A stretch of DNA of 64,000 bases, from contig CM059432.1 of the NCBI GenBank assembly GCA_030390025.1, positions 67,086,001 to 67,150,000 of the forward strand, given 5' to 3'. The notes below the pieces were generated by a model. It saw only the letters and a list, made by a program, of their open reading frames with translations. It searched no databases and had not been told where the DNA came from. The translations under genes and the position numbers were made by a program. This document shows positions 25,860 through 37,240 of this stretch, piece by piece. This stretch comes from Squalus acanthias. Its lineage: Eukaryota. How positions within the stretch are numbered: the stretch's first letter is position 1; each line of letters opens with the position of its first letter.

Positions 25860-26101
25860 TTTGTTATGTTGGTTGAGGGATAAATATTGGGCCAGGACAC
25901 CGGGGAGAACTCCCCTGCTCTTCTTCCAATAGTGCTGTGGGATCTTTTACGTCCACCTGAGCGCGCAGACGGGACCTCGGTTTAATGTCTCATCTGAAAG
26001 ACGGCACCTCCGACAGTGCAGCACTCTCTCAGCACTGCCCCTCCTACAGTGCAGCGCTCCCTCAGTACTGCCCCTCCGACAGTATGGCACTCCCTCAGTA
26101 C
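25860..26101 (-). mobile_element. DeuSINE-like fragment with an internal 33-bp tandem repeat (about 3 copies)
   Basis: gttgagggataaatattgggccaggacaccggggagaactcccctgctcttc followed by cctccgacagtgcagcactctctcagcactgcc-type units at 26007, 26040 and 26073. Confidence 0.85.
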
Positions 26102-26419
26102 GGAGGCCCAAAAAATTAATTGCTGTAAGTAAATAGTGCCCAAGGTCAGAGTTTAATTGCTGTTTGATAATAGAAGTATGCAGATTCAAAGGTGGTTGTA
26201 AATTTCTGGCTCTATGTCAGATAAAAACAGCGCAAATGGCTACCTATCTTTTTCTTTCTTTAAAATAATTTCAACACTCTTTAATATGACAGATACAAAA
26301 GTTTTTGGACAGATGGAGAGACAGACCAAGATTTCTTTAATCCAAACTTCAAATATTTAGAGAGACATTAAAACAACAAAGCCTTCAAATTAGTTTCTGG
26401 TTAATGTGGCCCAGCTCAC

Positions 26420-26529
26420 CTCTGTCCTTTTCTTGTTGCTGGGTAAGCTTTTTTCAGTTTATCATTCAGCTCATTTATAATTTGTTCTTTCTTCATTTTT
26501 TCCCTAGTTAGAACCGTGTTGAAGTTAGT
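26420..26529 (-). CDS. RB1CC1: RB1CC1 coding exon (110 nt as written; apparent 1-nt insertion in an A6 run)
   Basis: tgtttttcag|ACT AAC TTC AAC ACG GTT CTA ACT AGG GAA AAA ATG = TNFNTVLTREKMKKEQIINELNDKLK, matching human TNFNTVLTREKMRKENIINDLSDKLK. Donor GACAGAG|gtgagc. The distal part (KLTQQQEKDR) is in a different frame; see findings. Confidence 0.93.
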
Positions 26530-26759
26530 CTGAAAAACAAATCATTTGAGAATGTAATCCAAGATTGATAAAAATCAGCACACTGGAAATAATGTTCCCT
26601 GCACACTGCACTATGTTCTGTGCAGCCTGTTTCTTTCAATTTAAAATTTCTTTAAATTTCTGCGCATATGCAGTATTTCCAATGTAAAAGCTTGTGAGCA
26701 GCCTGGGTGGGAACTTGCAATTACTGCAAGGGTAGGCACTTGTGTGTTTTAGCCAATGT

Positions 26760-27746
26760 TTGTGAAGTTTCTGTTAATGTGCTGTCAAACATTGAAATCT
26801 TTATTTTCAACACTTTGCCTTCTTGGACAGATTTGCGTGCACCTTTGGAAGTGGCTTAGTGAGTTGCAGTGAATGGTGAGACAGAACGCTACCCTCCGCA
26901 ATGCTGACGAGTGTGAAACGAATGGCTTGGGCATTGTAGGGGTGCTTTCTGGTGTTGGCGTGGGGTGGTGCCAACCTGGCGCATCATGCGGCAGCCAGGG
27001 TGTACAGCGTCAAGTGAAGTAAATGTGCCCATGGTGAGGCCATCCCTGGCGTCCCGGGCAGCAATGTGGTTGGGTGCTGATGCCCTGTGTAGCATCAGTT
27101 TATTGCGGAGAAGGTTGGGGTTATTGTTGGTGCTGCTGGTATGCCTGATGCTGCTGGTGTTGGGGCATATCGTGGTGGGATTCTGAGGACCAAGGTGAGA
27201 GAGTATAAACTGCACCGATGCTGATGGAATAGATGGCAAGTGAACTTGAGATGACAGAAGCAACCGGTCAATGGTAAGAGAGGTTGTTCCAATGAGGTGA
27301 CATTGGATAGAGAGTTTGCTCCAAACACTTGCAACCTGCATAAAGCTCAATCTGTCTTCCAAATGCAGTAAGCAATAGCTTCTGAGCTTGGAAAGTAAAC
27401 AGCTGAGAGATGGGAGCTTTTATAGCACATTTGCAGCTGTCATGTAATGAGATGATTCCATGACCATTCAACTCCCACCTTGCTTACCTGACATGATCCC
27501 AGAGCAGCATAGACCCCGTGGGCGACCTGGTAAACTCTGAAAGTGAGCTGAAAATAGTTCTTAACAAGGTCAGAATGACCTGAATTGCCTCCCCCGCCGC
27601 TGCATGTCAGGTCTGCTCAGCGATGAAAGACCAGACATTTTGGAAAGGCACGTGGCGGCAGGTTCCCAACCCGCTGTCAAAAAAAATCATTTTCCCACCC
27701 AACCCACCACCGATCGCGCGTGGTGACCCCCCACAAAATTCCCCCC
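26760..27746 (-). mobile_element. Probable Harbinger-type transposon deletion derivative
   Basis: Ends in AAAATTCCCCCC|AGT like the other TIR copies; GC-richer interior; minus-strand remnant ..HIAARDARDGLTMGTF.. resembles a Harbinger transposase C-terminus. Left boundary uncertain. Confidence 0.45.
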
Positions 27747-28120
27747 AGTGAATCTCTCATCTTCATTACCTAACCACAAAGCTTGGTATAAAAAATTACC
27801 AGAATGCTTTCCCTTCATAATATTTGCATTTATAAATTGCTTTGTCACGCTCGCGTCTCACAATCTTTGATACAATTAATTATGTTTGATGTATAGTAAC
27901 TGTTGATATGTACACAAACGTGGCAGCAACGTCTCATGAAGAGTCATGAAATGAATGATCAATTAGTTGAGGGAAAAAAGTTGACTGGGAGAACCTCTTA
28001 AATTGTGCCATTTTCCTGCTCTTTGAACTGTGGCAGGAGATCACCAATATGTATCTGAACAAGCAACCTTGGTTTAATGTCTCATCTGAAGGATGGCATC
28101 TTTGACAATGCAGCACTTCC

Positions 28121-30258
28121 CACTGAGGACACCCTCCATCGTGTTGTGTGGCACTACCACCGTGCTAAATGGGATAGATTCAGAACAGATCTAGCAGCTC
28201 ATAACTGGGTATCCATGAGGCGCTGTGGGTCATCAGCAGCAGCAGAATTGTATTCCACCACAATCTGTAACCTCATGGCCCGGCATATCCCTCACTCTAC
28301 CATTACCATCAAGCCAGGGGACCAACCCTGGTTCAATAAGGAGTGAAGAGCAGCATGCCAGGAGCAGCACCAGACATACCTAAAAATGAGGTGCCAACCT
28401 GGGGAAGCTGCAACACAGGACTACATGCATGCTAAAAAGCAGAAGCAGCATGCTATAGACAGGGCTAAGCGATCCGACAATCAATGGATCAGATCAAAAC
28501 TCTGCAGTCCTGCCATATCCAGTCGTGAATGGTGGTGGACCATTAAACTAACGGGAGGAGGAGGCTCCATGAATATCCCCATCCTCAATGATGGTGGAGC
28601 CCAGCATTTAAGTGCAAAAGACAAGGCTGAAGCGTTTGCAACCATCTTCAGCCAGAAGTGCCAAGTGGATGATCCATATCGGCCTCCTCCGGAGGTCCCC
28701 ACCATCACAGAAGCCAGCCTTCAGCCAATTCAATTCACTCCACGTGATATCAAGAAACGGCTGAGCGCACTGGATACAGCAAAGGCTATGGGCCCTGACA
28801 CCATCCCAGCTATCGTGCTGAAGACTTGTGCTCCAGAACTAGCCGCACCTCTAGCCAAGCTGCTCCAGTACAGCTACAACACTGGCATCTATCCGACAAT
28901 GTGGAAAACTGCCCAGGTACATCCTGTCCACAAAAAGCAGGACAAATCCAATCTGGCCAATTACCACCCCATCAGTCTACTCGCAATCATCAGCAAAGTG
29001 ATGGAAGGTGTTATCAACAGTGCTATCAGCGGCACTTACTCACCAATAACCTGCTCACTGATGCCCAGTTTGGGTTCCGCCAAGACCACTCGGCTCCCGA
29101 CCTCATTACAGCCTTGGTCCAAACATGGACAAAGGAGCTGAATTCCAGAGGAGAAGTGAGTGTGACTGCCCTTGACATCAAGGCAGCATTTGACCGAGTG
29201 TGGCATCAAGGAGCCCTAGTAAAACTGAAGTCAATGGGAATCGGGGAAAACTCTCCACTGGCTGGAGTCATACCTAGCACAAAGGAAGACGGTTGTGGTG
29301 ATTGAAGGTCAATCATCACAGCCCCAGGGCATCGCTGCAGTGGTTCCTCAGGGCAGTGTTCTAGGCCCAACCATCTTCAGCTGCTTCATCAATGACCTTC
29401 CCTACAACATAACGTCAAAAATGGGGATGTTCGCTGACGACTGCAGTGTTCAGTGCAATTCACAACTCCTCAGATAATGAAGCAGTACATGCCCGCATAC
29501 AACAAGACCTGGACGACGTTCAGGCTTGGGCTGATAAGTGGCAGGTAACATTCACGCCACAGAAGTGCCAGGCAATGACTATCTCGAACAAGCAAGAGTC
29601 TAACCACTGCCCCTTGACATTCAATGGCATTACCATCTCCGAATCCCCCACCATCAACATCCTGGGGGGGTGTCACCATTGACCAGAAACTTAACTGGAC
29701 CAGCCACATAAATACTGTGGCAACAAGAGCAGGTCAGAGGCACAAGTAAGGAGTGTAATGGAATACTCTCCACTTGCCTGGATGAGTGCAGCTCCAACAA
29801 CACTCAAGAAGCTCGACACCATCCAGGACAAAGCAGCCCGCTTGATTGGCACCACATCTACCACCTTACACATTCACTCCCTCCACCAACGGCGTGCCGT
29901 GGCTGCAGTGTGTACCATCTACAAGATGTACTGCAGCAACTCGCCAAGGCTTCTATGGCAGCACCTCCCAAACCCACCTAGAAGGTCAAGGGCAGCAGGC
30001 GCATGGGAACACCACCACCTCCAAGTTCCCCTCCAAGTCACACACCATCCTGACTTAGAAGTATATCGCTGATCCTTCATCGTTGCTGGGTCAAAATCCT
30101 GGAACTCCCTACCTAACAGCAGAGAAAGTACCTTCACCACACTGATTGCAGCAGTTCAAGGCGGCGGCTCACCTCCACCTTCGAGGGCAATTAGGGATGG
30201 GCAATAAAGGCTGGCCTTGCCAGCGACACCCACATCCCATAAAAACAAATTAAAAAAA
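28121..30258 (+). mobile_element. Second, 5'-truncated copy of the 17.8-20.9 kb LINE family, inserted in a DeuSINE-like element
   Basis: Near-identical to 18706-20850 (cactgaggacaccctccatcgtgttgtgtggcactac ... same 3' tail). SINE sequence gcagcacttcc precedes it and cttcactactgtattgg resumes after it. Confidence 0.92.
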
Positions 30259-30714
30259 CTTCACTACTGTATTGGGTGCAAGAATTTTAAGCTCAAATCC
30301 TGACATGGTGAGAACAACTATGTGCCCCAGATGAGTGCGTGTCAACAAGGGAGCCAAGCTGAAACACATTTTACAGTGTGAACCAAGAATAGCGCAAACA
30401 GGGGATCCAAAACACACACAAGTTGGAAAGTCTACGGGAAGTACTTTTTGTTCCAAGTTTTCTTTTTATTGAGATTCCCCCATTTTACAATTTTAATATA
30501 TATATTTATTTTTAATCATCAATTTTATCACTGCCATAGAGACTGCCCATTAGGACTTTCTCCCTGCTAGGCTGCTATGGCGATTCCAATTAGAGGCAGT
30601 GTCACATAGCTGCTCAAACCAGCCTGTGAAACTTCCTTTGCTATTCAATTAGATTATGTGCACCGTAACTCCATTTACCCACCTCTGATCAATAGCCCTT
30701 CTGGTGAATCTGAC

Positions 30715-30950
30715 AATAAAATTTGACACAAAGCCTCATAAGGAGATATTAGAACAGGAGGTAGGTTTTAAGGAGCAACTAAAAGGAGGCGAGAGAGGTA
30801 GAGAGTTGGAGAGGTTTAGAGAAGGAATTCCAGAGCGTAGGGCCTAGGCAGCTGAAGGCATGGCCATCCAATAGTGGAGCAAAGGAAATCGGGGATGCGC
30901 AAGAGGCCAGAATTGGAGGAATGCAGAGATCGGAGGGTTGCAGAAGCTAT
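30715..30950 (-). mobile_element. L2 LINE 3' fragment
   Basis: gtaggttttaaggag...ggaattccagagcgtagggcctaggcagctgaaggc, shared with 52620-52870. Confidence 0.8.
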
Positions 30951-30999
30951 TGACAATGATCCATGTATCTGATCATAAGACTTGGGCAATGTTAACTCT

Positions 31000-33215
31000 G
31001 TCAACCTTGCAAAGTCCTCTTCATTGTCATTTGGGGACTAGTGCCCAATCTGGAGACACATCAAGTAACAGCATAACAGAGTATGATCTTTCAACTAACA
31101 TCCAAGCCGCATTCATCACCATCGTTTGGTGCATCCTATCCCACCGGCAGGACAGACCCACCGGAGGTAGAGGCATAGTTGTATCGTCAGGTGGGAGCCG
31201 CCCTGGGAGTGCTCAACATTGACTCTGGACCCCATGGTTAACAAGGCCGAGGAAACCTATAGCTGATTATTACTCAAGATAAAAAATCACTGGATTGGGG
31301 GTAATATTCTGGCATGGGTGGAGGATTGGTTATCTAACAGGAAGCAGAGAGTTGGGATAAATGGTTCATTCTCAGACTGGCAACCAGTAGCCAGTGGTGT
31401 TCCGCAGGGGTCGGTGCTGGGTCCCCAACTCTTTACAATCTATATTAACGATTTGGAGGAGGGGACCGAGTGTAACATATCAAAGTTTGCAGATGATACA
31501 AAGATGGGAGGGAAAGTAGAGAGTGAGGAGGACATAAAAAACCTACAAGGGGATATAGACAGGCTGAGTGAGTGGGCAGAGATTTGGCAGATGCAATACA
31601 ATATTGGAAAATGTGAGGTTATGCACTTTGGCAGGAAAAATCAGAGAGCAAGTTATTATCTTAATGGCGAGAAACTGGAAAGTACTGCAGTACAAAGGGA
31701 TCTGGGGATCTTGGTGCAAGAAAATCAAAAAGTTAGTATGCAGGTGCAGCAGGTGATCAAGAAAGCCAATGGAATGTTGGCTTTTATTGCTAGGGGGATA
31801 GAATATAAAAACAGGGAGGTATTGCTGCAGTTGTATAGGGTATTGGTGAGACCGCACCTGGAGTACTGCATACAGTTTTGGTGTCCATACTTAAGAAAAG
31901 ACATACTTGCTCTCGAGGCAGTACAAAGAAGGTTCACTCGGTTAATTCCGGGGATGAGGGGGTGGACATACGAGGAGAGGTTGAGTAGATTGGGACTCTA
32001 CTCATTGGAGTTCAGAAGAATGAGAGGCGATCTTATTGAAACATATAAGATTGTGAAGGGGCTTGATCGGGTGGACGCGGTGAGGATGTTCCCAATGATG
32101 GGTGAAACTAGAACTAGGGGACATAATCTTAGAATAAGGGGCTGCTCTTTCAAAACTGAGATGAGGAGAAACTTTTTCACTCAGAGGGTAGTGGGTCTGT
32201 GGAATTTGCTACCCCAGGAAGCTGTGGAAGCGAATTCATTAAATAAATTTAAAACAGAAATAGACCGTTTCCTAGAAGTAAAGGGAATCCGGGGTTACGG
32301 GGAGCGGGCTGGAAATTGGACATGAGTTTGAGTTCGGATCGGTCAAGGCCCTGTGGGTGGCGGAGCGGGCCCAGGGGCCGAGTGGCCTGGTCCTGCTCCT
32401 ATTTCTTATGTTCTTATCTACAATCCTCCTCCCCTCACCCCCTCAACACTCAACTAATGAATCAGTACTTAATGATGTTGACCACCACTTAGAGAAAGCA
32501 AAAGGTATAGAATGTACTCTGAGTGCAGGGTGGCAATTCCAGCACCAAGAATGATTCAGTACTAAAAACACTGACTAAGCTGCTGAGTCCTGAAAGATAC
32601 AGCTGTTAGACTGAGCCTGCACCAGCTGGCGAGAGAGCCAACAAAAGGGACTAGTCTGCTTGCTCTTGTCACCAACCTACCAGCCACATCTATCAGCTTC
32701 ACGATAAGGACTTTCCCATTGTGTCATGTGGCACAACTGCCATGCTAACTGCGACAGACTAAGGAAAGTAATCCAAAATTGGTCATTCATGAGACACTAT
32801 AGGCCATCAGCAGCAGGATGTATTCTATCACTTCATGCTCAGCACACCACTCACTCATCTCCATCAAGCCAGAAAATCAATCCATTGGAGAATAGCCTTA
32901 CCACACCCACTCGAGTGGTGGCATACAATCTGACAATTAATATGAGAAGATTCCATGAACATCCCCATCATCAATTATGGTGGAGCCCAGTGAATGAGTG
33001 CAAGAGACATGTTTGAAGTGTTTATAAGCATCTTCATCAAAAAAATGCCAAGTGGGCCAATTACTCAGCCTCCTTCCAAGGTCTCTGGTGGTATAGATGC
33101 CAACACTTAGCCAATCGGGATCACTCCATCTGACATTAAAAAGCAGGTAAGTACACTTGATACAACAACGGCTATGGGCCCTGACAAAATCTCAGTTGTG
33201 ACAGTGCAAGACCGT
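31000..33215 (+). mobile_element. Old degenerate copy of the same LINE family (APE/tether region), interrupted by a young CR1
   Basis: aaagtcctct..ttggggactagtgccc, ggaaacctatagctgattattac, atgaatcagtact and gctatgggccctgaca align with 18160-19310. Confidence 0.7.
31275..32417 (+). mobile_element. Young CR1 LINE 3' fragment with an uninterrupted 335-aa RT C-terminal frame
   Basis: ORF 31318-32325: GVPQGSVLGP, KFADDTK, RPHLEYCIQFW, FFTQRVVGLWN; 3' UTR ending tcttatgttcttat. Confidence 0.95.
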
Positions 33216-34687
33216 TGATCCAAAATAGGGCAGAAACCTTCCAATCTCGAAGAAAGTAGAGCAACTTTCTCTGGCTTAAGGGAATCTGTTCTATGGTTTG
33301 GGCAAGAAAAAAGCTTCCACATCTCAAAACAAAAACCCCTTGTATTTGCTGTTTCTTGGGTATCACATACCTCTTCTGGATAAATATAATTTTATATTGC
33401 TGAGTAAGGGAAGATCACCTGACCAAAGTTTTATTTTTTTCCAAAGCTATTATAATTTCCTCCCCTAAGGAAGAACTTGCCTACAGTAGGTAATCTGAGA
33501 TCACTTACTGGAAGTATGGTCTTCATTTTTCCTTGAAAGTCATCACACCTTCACATGTAAAGCTCACTTTCAACTGAGCCCACTTTTTTGACATTTTCAT
33601 GGCTCAACATTGCACAGCTGGCCCTTGTTCTTCTATAGTGCTATTTTGGATACAAAGCCATTTTTGTTTGGTTCCCAAAATTACTGAGATTTTTCCTTTC
33701 AGCTTTGAACTGCAAATGTTCATGCAGCTGAGCAGTTAATGATAAATAAAGCATTTTTGTTCTTTGTTAGGCATTCGTTATAATTGATTTATCACAGCAC
33801 TGAATAACTGACCCTCAATTTGAAATTCAGCATCCTTGCCATTTGACTACAAAATTTATTGAATTCAAAATTTATTGAATTCATAAAATGTTCTTAATCG
33901 AACTCTCAGCACACCTGCTCCAATCCTGATCTTGCTGTTTAAACTCAATTAAAAATTAATAGTGGGAGTCAAAAGCAGATCACTGAAATTTCATGTTTTC
34001 TTTCTTCCATGGTCAACACTGGAGGTTTACTGCAAACAATTTCTGCTGCAGTCCCAGTCTCGAAAACAGAATGTAAAAAAATCCCGATATTCAACTAGGA
34101 TCATAGAAACTTACAGCACAGTCTGCCCGTTGTGCCCGTGCTGTCTCTTTCAACAAGCAGTCGTGCTTAGTCCCACATTCCTGCTTTTTGCCTGTAGAGT
34201 GTAAACATTTCTCATCTCCTCTCTAGATCTTGCTACAAATGGTTCCCAATACCAGGTTTTGCCTTATTCTGATTCACTGATTTCCACTATTCTCCTCACA
34301 AGCCTTCATATTTCTAAGGCTCAAAGCACAAGTACTCTGGAGAAGACTCACTCTCATGCCCCAATGTTGCTACTTGGCGTAAACCTTAATATCTACGTTG
34401 TTTGAACTGTCCAAGATGTAATTTGAAGCAGGCATAGTTTTAATGGTATAGCCTATACAAAGACAGAACAACTTTGTTGTCTTATTTTTTCACTGGTTTG
34501 ATTGAATTGAGTCACCTCGCTGCTGTAGGATTATTCCATTAAATCAGGTTTGAATCCACTACAGCATAATGTAGATAAAGAAGTGTCCAAGTTAAAATGC
34601 AAGCGTCTGTATGGGCAGTTAACAGTAATGTAACACTTTTTACAGACAAAGCACAGAAACAGCAGCAAAGCAGAAAATAGAACAGAG

Positions 34688-34871
34688 AACTGCGGATGCT
34701 CAGTCGTGGAGTATATTCAAGACAGAAATTGATAGATTTTTTGGATATTAAGGGAATCAAGAGATATGGGGATAGTGTGGGAAGGTGGAGTTGAGGTAGA
34801 AGATCAGCCATGATCTTATTGAATGGTGGAGCAGGCTCGAAAGGCCGAATGACCTGCTCCTATTTCTTATG
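34688..34871 (+). mobile_element. CR1 3' tail fragment
   Basis: attcaagacagaaattgatagatttttgg...gatcagccatgatcttattgaatggtggagcaggctcga...cctatttcttatg. Confidence 0.85.
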
Positions 34872-35311
34872 AAAAGAGAAAAACAAAAATTGCCAACAGA
34901 AATCTGAAAATATATTCTAGAGATGGATTGAGTTCAAGGACAAAATGTAGGTGCCACATCAATTGGAAGAGTAAGTGCAATATTGAGGTATTTATTGCTT
35001 CCGATTAAATACTGCGTACGATGCTTCACTTAATATATTTTTATTTGGCTTCTGAGAATATTGAAGGACAGCTCTAATAAGTTTCATTGCTCTTGCTATT
35101 ATTTGGGGTCTCCAAGCCAGGAGGGTGCAGTGCTAACTCAAACCTTGTATACATCAGGGTGCGGGGTCATGCATAAAGTGAAAGGTAGTGTTTGCAGATT
35201 GTCGTAAAAACAAAATGGTTTTACGAAACAGCTGGAAACGAAGGGCACAATTGCTGTAAACAGTCAATCAGCCATAGGGACGACAAACCGTGAAACACAT
35301 TTTTTTCTATA

Positions 35312-36502
35312 TCTTCTTAGGAACCGAGGATGACTTGCTTCCACACTAAAAATGAGTTCTCAGGTGACTGATGAGTCCAATGCGGGACCTACAGTGTCTG
35401 TCACAGGTGGGGCAGACGGTGGTTGAAGGGGCGGATGGGTGGGGTGCTTGGGTTGACGTGCGCTCCTTGCGCTTGCTCCCGGTGAAGAGACTCGAGGTGT
35501 GCGGCGCCTTCCCGGATGCTTCTCCTCCACTTTGTGCGGTCTTGGGCCAGGGATTCCCAGGTGTCGGTGGGGATGTTGTACTTTTTCAAGGAGGCTTTGA
35601 GGGTGTCCTTGAAGCGTTTCCTCTGCCCACCTGGGGCTCTCTTGCCGTGTCGGAGCTCCGAGTAGAGCTTGTTTTGGGAGTCTCGTATCAGGCATGCGGA
35701 CGATGTGGCCCATCCAACAGAACTGATCGAGCATGGTCAAAGCTTTGATGCTGGGGATATTGGCCTGAGCGAAACACGGACGTTGGTGCGCCTATCCTGC
35801 CGATGGATTTGCAGGATCTTGCGGAGGCAGCGTTAGTGGTACCTCTCCAGTGCTTTGAGGTGCCTGTTGTACATGGCCCATGGCTCTGAAGCATACAGGA
35901 GGGCGGGTATCACTACTGCTCTGTAGACCATGAGCTTGGTGCTGGGTTTGAGTTCCTGGTCTTCAAACACACTCTTCCTCAGGCGACCGAAGGCTGCACT
36001 GGCACACTGAAGGCGGTGTTGGACTTCGTCATCGACGTCTGCCCTTGTTGACAGTAGGCTTCCGAGATATGGAAAGTGATCCATGTTGTCCAAGGCCTCG
36101 TCATGGATTTTGATAACCGGGGAGCAGTACGGTGTGGCGGGGGCAGGTTGGTAGAGGACCTTTGTCTTACGGATGTTTAGTGTAAGGCCTATGCTCTCGT
36201 ACGCGTCGGTGAAGGTGTTGACGATGGTTTGGAGTTCGGCCTCAGAGTGTGCGCAGACGCAAGCGTCGTCTGCATACTGTAATTCGATGACAGAGGATGG
36301 GACGACCTTGGATCTGGACTGGAGGCGACGGAGGTTGAACAGTTTCCCCGTTTGTTCTGTAGATTAGCTCCACTCCACCGGGGAGCTTAGAGGGCGAGAC
36401 GGAGCATTGCAGCCAGGAAGATCGAGACGAGCGTTGGTGCGATGACACAGCCTTGCTTGACCCTGGTCCGTACGTTAATTGGGTCTGTGGTGGATCCGTT
36501 GG
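35312..36502 (-). mobile_element. RTE-clade LINE 3' part (RT C-terminus), same family as 842-1416
   Basis: ORF pieces HFPYLGSLLS, SAAFGRLRKSVF, VYRAVVIPALLYASE and WMGHIVRMPDTRLPKQ; plus-strand cttgcttgacccc-like segment corresponds to the RTE GVKQG region. Confidence 0.9.
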
Positions 36503-36639
36503 AATCCTAGGTTTCGTAGGTTGCAGTTTGGTCCGCCCGACCCTGCTGCTAGTCCACGCTGCGCCACTCCTGGGCCTCGACCTCGCCCCTGGGCCCCGAC
36601 CTACATATAGTGTGTCTCCTTCTAGTGAGGGAGCATTTA

Positions 36640-36985
36640 TATAGCGTAGTCACTGTTGTAATGTAGGAAAGGCGGAGCCAATTTGTGCACAGCAAGGTCC
36701 TACAAACAGTAATGTTATAATGTCCAAATAATCTGTTCCAAGATGTTATTGAGAGATAAATATTGGCCAGAACACCAGGGATAACTCCACTGCTCTTTTC
36801 AAAATAGTGGCATGGGATCTTTTACATCCACCTGAGGGCAGATGGGGCCTCGGTTTAATGTCTCATCCGAAAGACGGCAGGTCTGACAGTGCAGCACTCC
36901 TTCAGTACTGCATTGGAGCGCACTCCTTCAGTACTGCATTGTAACTCAGAGGTGAGAGTGTTACCAACTGAGCCATGGCCGACAC
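36640..36985 (-). mobile_element. DeuSINE/SacSINE1-like SINE with a short internal duplication
   Basis: gtagtcactgttgtaatgtaggaaa...gataaatattggccag...ggtttaatgtctcatccgaaagacggca; gcactccttcagtactgcattg occurs twice; reverse tRNA head ccaactgagcca. Confidence 0.85.
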
Positions 36986-37074
36986 CTTATGAACTTAGAA
37001 CTATAACATTTAAAATCAAAACAGTTTTAAATGTCAAAAATACAGAGTTATAAAATAGACATTAGGAAATCTAC

Positions 37075-37240
37075 CTGCTGTTCAGCTATCAGTGATGTTT
37101 TAAGGCTTTGAAGTTCTTCGTTCCTTTTTTCTAGTTGATCTATTAAATTGGCCTTCTCTTCTTGAAACTTCCCTGTAAGGTCAGCAATAGCACTTGGTGG
37201 AGGACTCCAAATCACTGGTGCAGATGAAAGTGGAACTTCC
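37075..37240 (-). CDS. RB1CC1: RB1CC1 coding exon (166 nt)
   Basis: ttttaacacag|G GAA GTT ... GAA CAG CAG|gtagat. Translates (R)EVPLSSAPVIWSPPPSAIADLTGKFQEEKANLIDQLEKRNEELQSLKTSLIAEQQ, matching human ...QEEKAKFLEQLE...NEEMQNVRTSLIAEQQ. Phase 2 in, phase 0 out. Confidence 0.95.

Noticed and set aside
26007..26101. 33-bp repeats as a CRISPR array (also 41648-41713)
   Set aside because: Head-to-tail tandem units without unique spacers, in a vertebrate intron with no cas genes.
33850..33882. 16-bp tandem duplication (caaaatttattgaatt x2)
   Set aside because: Ordinary AT-rich slippage duplication with no sign of function.
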